Shown one piece after another: positions 1 through 7,749 of a stretch of DNA of 64,000 nt. The notes below the pieces were generated by a model. It ran no database searches and was not told the origin of the DNA. It was given only the letters and a program-made list of their open reading frames with translations. Both the position numbers and the translations under genes were made by a program. Within the stretch, counting starts at the first letter, position 1. Each line of letters starts with the position of its first letter. The stretch comes from a virus: positions 1 to 64,000 of the IMG/VR virus record IMGVR_UViG_3300021963_000094; one strand, written 5' to 3'.

Positions 1-1
1 C

Positions 2-301
2 GACACCGAATTAACCTGTGTTGCTTACATTGAGGAAAAAGTTATAGATGCATCTGATTTGGAATTCGCACATCTTCATTACACTCAGGGACATTCTGAA
101 AAGGACTATGTCGACGTAAAAAATCAAGATACTTTTTACGATGGGTTTAATATATTCAGAAAAAGAATCTCTAAGAATTTTCATCTTCCAGATAAACTGA
201 CAAAGGATAAAATACCTTCTTCTATACTAGAATGGATAGAGGAGAATCAGCAAAGCATTCCAGAGGAAGATCCGGGGGAAGAAGAACTGTTTATGGAATA
301 A
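2..301 (+). CDS. C-terminal part of a probable glycosyltransferase (GT2-like), truncated by the window start
   Basis: The frame is open from base 2 (DTELTCVAYIEEKVIDASDLEFAHLHY...). The DxELT...HLH pattern resembles the GT-A C-terminus, and the gene sits in a sugar-modification cluster. Confidence 0.45.
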   Translation, partial: DTELTCVAYIEEKVIDASDLEFAHLHYTQGHSEKDYVDVKNQDTFYDGFNIFRKRISKNFHLPDKLTKDKIPSSILEWIEENQQSIPEEDPGEEELFME

Positions 302-325
302 TAATATAATTAAAAAAAAAGATTA

Positions 326-1129
326 ATGGATTCCATAAAAATAAATTGGCACTGTAGTATTAATTTCGGAGATCAGTTAAACCCCTATCTTATTGAAAAA
401 CTATGGGGCATAAAATCTGTAAAGGTAAACGAGGGTGACGAATCTCCCCATATAATGATGCTAGGTTCCATATTAAACGAAGCTAATGATGGAACAATTG
501 TAATGGGTGCAGGCTTAGTTGCAAGTGATAGAATATTTACAGGAAATCCTAAATTAATTGGTCTTAGAGGAAAATTAACCAAAGATACATTAAAAGAAAG
601 GGGGTTTAATGTGGATGATGTTTTTCTTGGCGATCCCTCGATATTACTCCCCAAATTTTACAATCCCACTATTGAAAAAAAGTATGATCTAGGAATTATT
701 CCACATTTGGTTGATTACGAGAATGCTTTAAATATTTTTAGCGACACTGAAAGATTCCTAGTGATTGACCTAAGACTTGATGAAAATAATACAATAGAGA
801 AAGTAATAGATAAAATAAAATCATGCAAATGTACTATATCAAGTAGTCTTCATGGATTTATTGTGTCTCACGCGTATGGAATACCAGGAACTTGGTGTAA
901 ATTTTCTGATAATGTCATAGGGGACGGTTTTAAATTTATTGACTATCTTTCAGCTTATACTGATTTATATAATGAAATACCATTTTTTGATCTGAGGAAT
1001 TTAATAAAAGAGGAAATTGATATTAATAAAATAATAGAGCTATCATCTACCACTATAATAAATAATCAGATAGAAATAGAAAGGGTAAAAGCTGGATTAG
1101 AGTTAGGAAAACTACAATTAACAATATAA
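326..1129 (+). CDS. Polysaccharide pyruvyltransferase (ExoV/PS_pyruv_trans-like)
   Basis: Motifs NFGDQLNP, GSIL, RGKLT, GDP, GIIPH, SSSLHG and FKFxDY are typical of ExoV-type ketal pyruvyltransferases. Confidence 0.85.
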   Translation: MDSIKINWHCSINFGDQLNPYLIEKLWGIKSVKVNEGDESPHIMMLGSILNEANDGTIVMGAGLVASDRIFTGNPKLIGLRGKLTKDTLKERGFNVDDVFLGDPSILLPKFYNPTIEKKYDLGIIPHLVDYENALNIFSDTERFLVIDLRLDENNTIEKVIDKIKSCKCTISSSLHGFIVSHAYGIPGTWCKFSDNVIGDGFKFIDYLSAYTDLYNEIPFFDLRNLIKEEIDINKIIELSSTTIINNQIEIERVKAGLELGKLQLTI

Positions 1130-1142
1130 AAAAATTAAAAAA

Positions 1143-1715
1143 ATGGAAGAATTAGCATTCAATCAAGATATTTATTTGAGCGAAAAATTTTTGGAGATTA
1201 AAAATAAATACAATCTTGATACTGTTATAGAAACAGGAACATATCACGGTACAACTACTTCTTGGTTTTCTAAGCACTTTAAAGCTGTGTATACGATCGA
1301 ATCACAGCCTGCACACTTTGAAGAGGCAGCAAAAATAATTGGACGTATAGATAACATCAAAATGTCTTTAGGTGATAGCCCAGAATTCTTAAAAAAAATA
1401 CTTGCATCAATAGATGACAATAAGACTATTATATTCTTAGATGCGCATTGGTACACTAATCCTGTATTAGCAGAGCTAGATGCAATTAAAGAGTCCGGCA
1501 AATTACCTATTCTTGCTATTCATGATTTTATGGTACCAGGACATCCAGAATTTGGATATGACGAATATCCTGATCAGGGGATAGTTTATAACTGGGAATG
1601 GATAGAAGATCATATTAATTCAATCTATGGCGAAGATGGATACTCAAAAGATTATAACACAGAGGCAACCGGATCTATGAGAGGATGCCTATTTATATTT
1701 CCAAATAAAAAATAA
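1143..1715 (+). CDS. Class I SAM-dependent methyltransferase
   Basis: IETGTYHG (SAM motif I), GDS and FLDAHW motifs. Confidence 0.75.
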   Translation: MEELAFNQDIYLSEKFLEIKNKYNLDTVIETGTYHGTTTSWFSKHFKAVYTIESQPAHFEEAAKIIGRIDNIKMSLGDSPEFLKKILASIDDNKTIIFLDAHWYTNPVLAELDAIKESGKLPILAIHDFMVPGHPEFGYDEYPDQGIVYNWEWIEDHINSIYGEDGYSKDYNTEATGSMRGCLFIFPNKK

Positions 1716-1718
1716 CAA

Positions 1719-2405
1719 ATGATCGACGTAAACAATTATCAAAGGCAGGTACACAGCCAATCCGGTGAAGATGGTATATTAGAAAAAATATTTGAAACCC
1801 TAGGAATAAAAAATGGATGGTATTGTGAATTTGGTGCTGGAGATGGTAACTGGATTTGCAATACAAGAAAACTTAGAGAAGAAGGATGGAAAGGTGTTTT
1901 AATAGAAGGAGATAATGCATCATTCATAAATTTAAAAAACAACTATGGGACACATCCGGATGTTTCTATTATAGAATCATACATCAGTTGCGAGCCTGGT
2001 GAATCCCTTGATGATTTATTAGCTACTACACAAATTCCTAAAGACTTTGATTTTTTATCTATAGATGTGGACGGAAATGATCTATGGATATGGAAATCTT
2101 TAGAAACATATGAACCTAAAGTTATTGCGGTCGAGTATAATCCACACTACAATCCTGTTGACAGCCTAACTATAGAATACGATGCTAATCATAGATTCAA
2201 TAGTGATAATTATTATGGAGCTACCGCAGGTGCTTTTAATAAATTAGCAGAAGAGAAGGGGTATAAACTAATAGGATCGACAGGTGGTTTAAATCTGTTT
2301 TATTGTAAAAAAGAATTATCTGATCAATTTAAAGAACTTGACATCAATGAAGTATACCAAGGAAGCGGATGGCCACAGAGTGACAGGAAAATGGTTCAAT
2401 ATTAA
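1719..2405 (+). CDS. FkbM-like SAM-dependent methyltransferase
   Basis: SQSGEDGI, EFGAGDG, SIDVDGNDxW and EYN motifs, typical of glycan-locus FkbM/Methyltransf_21-like proteins. Confidence 0.8.
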   Translation: MIDVNNYQRQVHSQSGEDGILEKIFETLGIKNGWYCEFGAGDGNWICNTRKLREEGWKGVLIEGDNASFINLKNNYGTHPDVSIIESYISCEPGESLDDLLATTQIPKDFDFLSIDVDGNDLWIWKSLETYEPKVIAVEYNPHYNPVDSLTIEYDANHRFNSDNYYGATAGAFNKLAEEKGYKLIGSTGGLNLFYCKKELSDQFKELDINEVYQGSGWPQSDRKMVQY

Positions 2406-2418
2406 TTCCATAAAGGGA

Positions 2419-3162
2419 ATGGCAATAATTGGATTATCATATCTAGGAATTAACGAAATAGAAGTTCCCTACATGGGAGTTAAAAAGATAGACGGCAGAA
2501 CGAGAAAGCTTTATCTGACCTTTATTAATTATGATGTTAAGAAATGTGAGAGCCTCCTAAAAAAATATAGGATGGACATCAATACACTTCCTGACGATCT
2601 TAGGGTTTTTAATTACATGTGCTTTCTTACCGATTATAAAAGGTACAAATCTTTCTTTCCTGAATTATTTAGGATCAAAAAATCAGTACACACCTCGGGG
2701 TTTTTACAGCTGTGTGCACATAGAATCTACCAAAAAGAGGGGTACACCAAAGAGCTTTCCGAAATCTTAAGAAAAAGCATAGAATATTCCGAGACTAATA
2801 AGATACACAAATGGAGACTCAGTGGTAAATTTTTCACTGGTGTTTATTCAGGTAACAAGTCTTCTATTTTTAAAAATTTTATAGAATGCCTAAACATCAA
2901 CAGATTAGAAATTGATATGGATTGTTGGAGAGATAAAATAGTTTATATAGTCAACTGGTTAAAATTCTATTATCCCTTGGAATCTAAATCACACATAGAC
3001 AAGGTTAGGAATTATTTAATAGAAATGAATAATGAATCATACGAGAATCTTGTCCTTCCATATTTGACTATAAACGAGCCTGGAATATTAAACGAAGATA
3101 TATTTAAATCCTTAAGTTCTATAAAGATACTTCAAAGGATTGATTCTATAATTATAAAATGA
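2419..3162 (+). CDS. Hypothetical protein in glycan cluster
   Basis: Long ORF. The in-frame ATG at 2419 avoids the 68-nt overlap of the track start at 2338. ATGA coupling to fcl. Confidence 0.6.
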   Translation: MAIIGLSYLGINEIEVPYMGVKKIDGRTRKLYLTFINYDVKKCESLLKKYRMDINTLPDDLRVFNYMCFLTDYKRYKSFFPELFRIKKSVHTSGFLQLCAHRIYQKEGYTKELSEILRKSIEYSETNKIHKWRLSGKFFTGVYSGNKSSIFKNFIECLNINRLEIDMDCWRDKIVYIVNWLKFYYPLESKSHIDKVRNYLIEMNNESYENLVLPYLTINEPGILNEDIFKSLSSIKILQRIDSIIIK

Positions 3163-4100
3163 GTATGAAGAAAAAAATAGCAATATTTGGATCAACTGGT
3201 TTAGTTGGATCTAATATCGTTAAAAAAATAGACCTGGAGAAATATCAGGTATATTCTCCAACCAGGAAAGAACTTGACCTATTTGACCAAGAAAAAGTTT
3301 TAGATTGGTTTTTTAAAAACAGGGTAGAATATGTTATACTAGCAGCTGCCAGAGTAGGAGGTATAATTGCTAATTCAACATATCCAACTGAATTTCTGTA
3401 CGAGAATTTAACCATGCAGAACAATATCATGATGTCTGCATTAAAGAGCGATGTTGAAAATCTCATATTTCTTGGATCATCTTGCATCTATCCAAGAGAA
3501 TGCCCTCAGCCAATCAAAGAAGAATATCTTCTAACCGGTCCATTAGAGAAAACAAACAAATCTTATGCCTTAGCAAAAATAGCTGGTATTCAACTGTGTG
3601 ATTCCATAAGAGAACAGTATGGTAAAAACTACTATTCACTAATGCCCTGTAATCTTTATGGCCCTGGTGATAATTTTGATTTAGAGGCTTCCCATGTTAT
3701 CCCAGGGATGATTCGAAAGATTGAAAATGCTAGAGATAACAATCATCTTACTCTTAAGCTTTTAGGAACCGGAAGACCACTTAGAGAATTTCTTTATGTT
3801 GAAGATTTGGCAGAAGCTGTGATATTCATGCTGGAAAATTACAAAGGGAATGATGGATTAATTAACGTGGGAAGTGGATCCGAGATTTCAATCAAAGAAC
3901 TCGCAAATATAGTTGCTCGTGTCATAGACTACAAAGGTGATATACTTTTTGATACTGAGGGATTAGACGGAACCCCTAGAAAAGTAATGGATAATTCCAA
4001 GATAGAATCTATCGGATGGAAACCTAAAATGGATCTAGAGACAGGCATAACAGAAACAATTAGGTGGTATTGGGATAATAAAGATAACATTAGAAAATAA
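3159..4100 (+). CDS. fcl: GDP-L-fucose synthase
   Basis: GSTGLVGS, LAAARVGGI.AN, FLGSSCIYP, YALAK, MPCNLYGPGDNF and REFLYVED motifs. Confidence 0.95.
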   Translation: MSMKKKIAIFGSTGLVGSNIVKKIDLEKYQVYSPTRKELDLFDQEKVLDWFFKNRVEYVILAAARVGGIIANSTYPTEFLYENLTMQNNIMMSALKSDVENLIFLGSSCIYPRECPQPIKEEYLLTGPLEKTNKSYALAKIAGIQLCDSIREQYGKNYYSLMPCNLYGPGDNFDLEASHVIPGMIRKIENARDNNHLTLKLLGTGRPLREFLYVEDLAEAVIFMLENYKGNDGLINVGSGSEISIKELANIVARVIDYKGDILFDTEGLDGTPRKVMDNSKIESIGWKPKMDLETGITETIRWYWDNKDNIRK

Positions 4101-5105
4101 ATGAAGACAGCACTAATAACAGGAGTAAACGGCCAAGATGGATCTTATCTTGCAGAACTTCTTTTAGAGAAAGGATATCAGGTATATGGAACGATCAGAA
4201 GATCTTCTACCTTTAACTCTGGAAGAATAGAACACTTTAGGGAACATCCAAACTTTAAAAGATTTTATATAGATCTGACCGATCCCGGAAGTGTGTCCCA
4301 TATTATATCCGAATTAAAACCCGATGAGATTTATAATCTTGCTGCACAAAGCCACGTTAAGATATCATTTGAAATACCCAATTATACTGGACAAGTGGAT
4401 GCTATGGGAACTTTAAATGTGTTAGAAGCGATCAGAGCGCACTCCCCGGCATCTAAGTTATACCAAGCTTCAACATCTGAGTTATACGGTAAAGTCCAAG
4501 AAACCCCGCAAAAGGAAACAACCCCATTTTATCCCAGATCCCCTTATGGGGTAGCTAAATTATATGGATTTTGGATAGTGAAGAACTACCGGGAGTCTTA
4601 CAATTTATTCGCATGTAATGGTATTCTTTTCAATCACACATCGCCTAGAAGGGGTGAAAACTTTGTTGAGAAAAAAATAGTAGATGGATTATGCCAGATC
4701 AAAAAAGGTAGAGGTGGATTATTAACGCTTGGCAATTTATCAGCAAGAAGAGATATAGGTCATGCTAAAGAGTACGTTGAAGGTATGTGGAGAATGCTTC
4801 AGCAGGATTCACCGGAGGATTTTATCCTTGCCACTGGGGTAACATACTCAATTAAAGAGATGGTTGAAATGGTGTGTAAAAAACTAGAAATAGAAATCGA
4901 GTGGAGAAAAGATATTCAGGGAGATCTTGGTGTGGAGAAGGGAACCGGAAGAATTCTGATAGGAACAGATCCTAAATATTACAGACCAGCTGAAGTTGAA
5001 CTATTACAAGGAGATGCTTCTAAAGCTAAAGAAATACTTGGCTGGGAATCTAAATTAACTCTTTCCGATATACTTGACGAGATGATAGAAGAAGCTATGA
5101 AGTAG
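4101..5105 (+). CDS. gmd: GDP-mannose 4,6-dehydratase
   Basis: ALITGVNGQDGSYLAE, NLAAQSHV, YQASTSELYG, FYPRSPYGVAK and GILFNH motifs. Confidence 0.96.
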   Translation: MKTALITGVNGQDGSYLAELLLEKGYQVYGTIRRSSTFNSGRIEHFREHPNFKRFYIDLTDPGSVSHIISELKPDEIYNLAAQSHVKISFEIPNYTGQVDAMGTLNVLEAIRAHSPASKLYQASTSELYGKVQETPQKETTPFYPRSPYGVAKLYGFWIVKNYRESYNLFACNGILFNHTSPRRGENFVEKKIVDGLCQIKKGRGGLLTLGNLSARRDIGHAKEYVEGMWRMLQQDSPEDFILATGVTYSIKEMVEMVCKKLEIEIEWRKDIQGDLGVEKGTGRILIGTDPKYYRPAEVELLQGDASKAKEILGWESKLTLSDILDEMIEEAMK

Positions 5106-5328
5106 TTGTTGATACCTTATCTCCAGCTCCTAAAAGATCATCTACAGTTTTAACACTATATGTGGTTTGGCCTGGTACACCCCAATCTTTTTGTTCACCC
5201 CAATTGATGAATCCTTGATGTGTTATATGATTACCTGAATTATAAGAAAAATCGTGTTTTCCGTCTTTAGACGAAGACTGTTCAAATTCATCCATTGAAG
5301 AAATGTTTTTATATCCGTATTTTTCCAT
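5095..5328 (-). CDS. Small hypothetical protein
   Basis: 77-aa ORF coupled (TAATG) to the upstream minus-strand gene and convergent with gmd. Confidence 0.55.
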   Translation of the reverse strand: MEKYGYKNISSMDEFEQSSSKDGKHDFSYNSGNHITHQGFINWGEQKDWGVPGQTTYSVKTVDDLLGAGDKVSTTTS

Positions 5329-5891
5329 TATTTCTTTTTCTTTTTCTTGTTAGCTTTTCCCCTCTGATATAACGCCTTATCTCCCATTTTAGTAGTCTTA
5401 CCCCCAGTAACAAATGAGTTAACTCTAGCCATTGCCCATTGCTGTGGGGTTGTTCCTGGAATATGCCCTTTTTTCCAAGCAGCATATCCTCTTTTCCAAA
5501 CCTGCTTAAGTATACCCAACGGGAATCTTGTTTTGTCTGATTTGTTTTTAAGAGCTTTATTCACTGGGCTAGATGGCGAATCTACACCCTCATTGATATC
5601 CTCTGATTCTTTTAAATCGTTGTAAACCTCCCAAGCTGCTATTTCAACTGCTTCTAGAAATGCATCAAATCCCAGTAGTTCTAAACCCTCCCCATACATT
5701 TTCTGATATTTTTTTGTGTATTGGCTCTTTTTAGTCTCAACTGGTTTACCCTTCCCTGCTTTTTTTGATTTATAATCAGCATCCCATGGTCCATATGCAG
5801 ATGAATCATTATCTGCTTTATCCCCGTGTTTTTTGATTTCTCTTTTCATCACACCTGGATTTTTGGTGAGGTATTTCTTAGGTAGTTTCAT
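5328..5891 (-). CDS. Lys-rich hypothetical protein (DUF5824-like W..G..PG..QQWA.ARV.SF motif)
   Basis: GILKQVWKRGYAAWKKGHIPGTTPQQWAMARVNSF motif, highly basic termini, preceded by the late-promoter motif. Confidence 0.65.
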   Translation of the reverse strand: MKLPKKYLTKNPGVMKREIKKHGDKADNDSSAYGPWDADYKSKKAGKGKPVETKKSQYTKKYQKMYGEGLELLGFDAFLEAVEIAAWEVYNDLKESEDINEGVDSPSSPVNKALKNKSDKTRFPLGILKQVWKRGYAAWKKGHIPGTTPQQWAMARVNSFVTGGKTTKMGDKALYQRGKANKKKKKK

Positions 5892-5897
5892 ATTTCT

Positions 5898-5907
5898 CTA
5901 TATATTC
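5898..5907 (-). promoter_or_regulatory. Putative late promoter (GAATATATAG)
   Basis: Copy of the recurrent RATATATA motif, 6 nt before the ATG at 5891. Confidence 0.55.
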
Positions 5908-5908
5908 C

Positions 5909-5935
5909 GAAATAAATTCTTTTAATTCTCTATAA
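5909..5935 (+). promoter_or_regulatory. Putative non-late promoter GAAA-N18-TATAA
   Basis: Same two boxes and spacing as the site upstream of gp32 (55127-55153). Confidence 0.35.
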
Positions 5936-5972
5936 TAAATTGGAATAAAGAAAATAAAGCCTTCATGGCCAC

Positions 5973-6602
5973 ATGTTTAAAAAGCTCAAGAAAATAATAC
6001 AAATTATGACAGATAAAGATCTTTCTGAAATCAAGGAAGAGTATTCCAATTTTTCGTATCAATGGATTAAAGGCGATAACCTCTCACAAACGCAACATTT
6101 TGAGGATTTAATTGAGGAGGGTGGCAGAAAATACATTCTTTTCACTGATAAAACCAGGATATCTTTAGATCTGCTAGACGAGTATATGATTAAGGTAGAA
6201 AAAGGATTTGAGGAGATAATTCCAAAATCCGATCCTAACGTCTTAAATCAATCACAGACCGAACAACCATCTGGCAGAGGGGTTAAGACAAGAGAGGTTC
6301 AAGAAATCAGACCACAGTCTAGAGACGAAAATCCAATATTTGCTCTACTCTCTAAACAGAAGGAAAACTGGGTAGATGTCGATTTAAAACTTAGCATCAA
6401 TCTTCCTCCTAGAAGCCTATGGGACGTTTTAATGGGATCTTTTGAAGATGCGGAGAAAGATATCTTAGAATACGTTACGAAAGACCTTGATATAGAGGTA
6501 GTTAGACAATCCCTGAGGGAATCCATAAAGGATATATATAAAAAGCAGAAAACAATTACATCCACAAAAAATGTCAGATCCCAAGATTCTATTCCAGAAT
6601 AA
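5973..6602 (+). CDS. Hypothetical protein
   Basis: 209-aa ORF with phage-like codon usage; no recognisable motif. Confidence 0.7.
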   Translation: MFKKLKKIIQIMTDKDLSEIKEEYSNFSYQWIKGDNLSQTQHFEDLIEEGGRKYILFTDKTRISLDLLDEYMIKVEKGFEEIIPKSDPNVLNQSQTEQPSGRGVKTREVQEIRPQSRDENPIFALLSKQKENWVDVDLKLSINLPPRSLWDVLMGSFEDAEKDILEYVTKDLDIEVVRQSLRESIKDIYKKQKTITSTKNVRSQDSIPE

Positions 6603-7089
6603 TTACATCCAGGTGATAGAAAACAAAGACAGGGTTGGTATCAAGCAGATAAACCCGTCCGTGATGATTCTTCCATATACAGTGGATGAAAACGGAAATC
6701 CTAAATCTATTGGTCTGATCTCAGAACCCTCTAATATCAAAGAGGAAAGAATGAGCCAAACCATAATAACAGGATCTCCTGAAAAATCCGATGTTGATAT
6801 CTTAGCAACCGCCAAGAGAGAATTAAAGGAGGAATCGGGATACGACGTGGAAGACACAGAAAGATGGGAATTTCTTGGAAATATCCAATCCTCTAAATTA
6901 GTAGTAAACGGAAACCCAGCATTTGGTGTGGACGTTACTGGAATAAAAAGGGGAGAAAAATCAGGTGACGGATCGGAAAGCGAAAAGAATAGCAAATTTT
7001 CTCTAGTGTCTCTTAATGATGCATTAAATGTAGATGATGCTTTAATAGCATGTTTATTTTTAAAAATATTTCAAAACAAATTAATTTAA
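6571..7089 (+). CDS. NUDIX hydrolase
   Basis: Nudix box G.....D........RELKEESGY. Confidence 0.85.
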   Translation: MSDPKILFQNNYIQVIENKDRVGIKQINPSVMILPYTVDENGNPKSIGLISEPSNIKEERMSQTIITGSPEKSDVDILATAKRELKEESGYDVEDTERWEFLGNIQSSKLVVNGNPAFGVDVTGIKRGEKSGDGSESEKNSKFSLVSLNDALNVDDALIACLFLKIFQNKLI

Positions 7090-7095
7090 ATTTAT

Positions 7096-7377
7096 ATGAA
7101 TTTTCCTTCGAGAAGAGAAAGAAGAGCAATGGCAAAAGCAATGGGGCTAACAGGAAAGAAAGAATCCCTAGCTAAAATGTCAGAGCGATTTAAACGTTCC
7201 AATGAGTTTGGAAAAATGATCCATTTACAGCATTTACAAAATTTAGAAAATACTAGAATTAATTCAGAAAAAATTGAGGAAACAGAAGAAAACACGCCAC
7301 AGGCACCAACTGATTCGCCAGATTGGGGATTAGAAGACTTCAAACAACAAATCATAAGTGGAGAAAATCCAGAATAA
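7096..7377 (+). CDS. Hypothetical protein (SRRERR N-terminal motif)
   Basis: 93-aa ORF in the operon with a basic N-terminus. Confidence 0.6.
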   Translation: MNFPSRRERRAMAKAMGLTGKKESLAKMSERFKRSNEFGKMIHLQHLQNLENTRINSEKIEETEENTPQAPTDSPDWGLEDFKQQIISGENPE

Positions 7378-7696
7378 GAAAGCCTCAATAAAAATACATC
7401 TTACTTCTCTTAGTTATCGTGAAATTAAAAAATCACTGCCAGATAACGAGAAGGTGTCCTATATAGATGTAACCAAGATTATTTCCGAAAGCTTTGGGGA
7501 TAAAGATCTTAGTGATATCCAATATTGGATCCTAAATCAAATGATAGTTAAGAAAATAGAGTCTTTTAAGACCACTAATCCTGCAAAAATCTTTATAACT
7601 ATCAAGGAACCCTCCAGAAATTCAATTAAATCTTTTAAAGACCTCCTCCAAGAGTTTAAAATCGGACCCGCTCAAATAGAGATATACAGCATTTAA
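7358..7696 (+). CDS. Hypothetical protein
   Basis: 112-aa ORF with a GTG start overlapping the previous gene. Confidence 0.55.
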   Translation: MEKIQNKKASIKIHLTSLSYREIKKSLPDNEKVSYIDVTKIISESFGDKDLSDIQYWILNQMIVKKIESFKTTNPAKIFITIKEPSRNSIKSFKDLLQEFKIGPAQIEIYSI

Positions 7697-7718
7697 TTTA
7701 AGAGGTATCCCGTTTCGG

Positions 7719-7728
7719 GAATATATAA
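7719..7728 (+). promoter_or_regulatory. Putative late promoter (GAATATATAA)
   Basis: Recurrent motif at the head of the baseplate operon. Confidence 0.55.
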
Positions 7729-7749
7729 CTTAAATAATAATTGTAAGCT

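Noticed and set aside
2338-2418. Track start of the 274-aa ORF
   Set aside because: It overlaps the upstream methyltransferase by 68 nt; ATG 2419 is more plausible.
7708-7720. TCCCG-TTT-CGGGA hairpin as a terminator
   Set aside because: Only 5 bp with a 3-nt loop and no U-tract on either strand; it overlaps the late motif, so its function is unclear.
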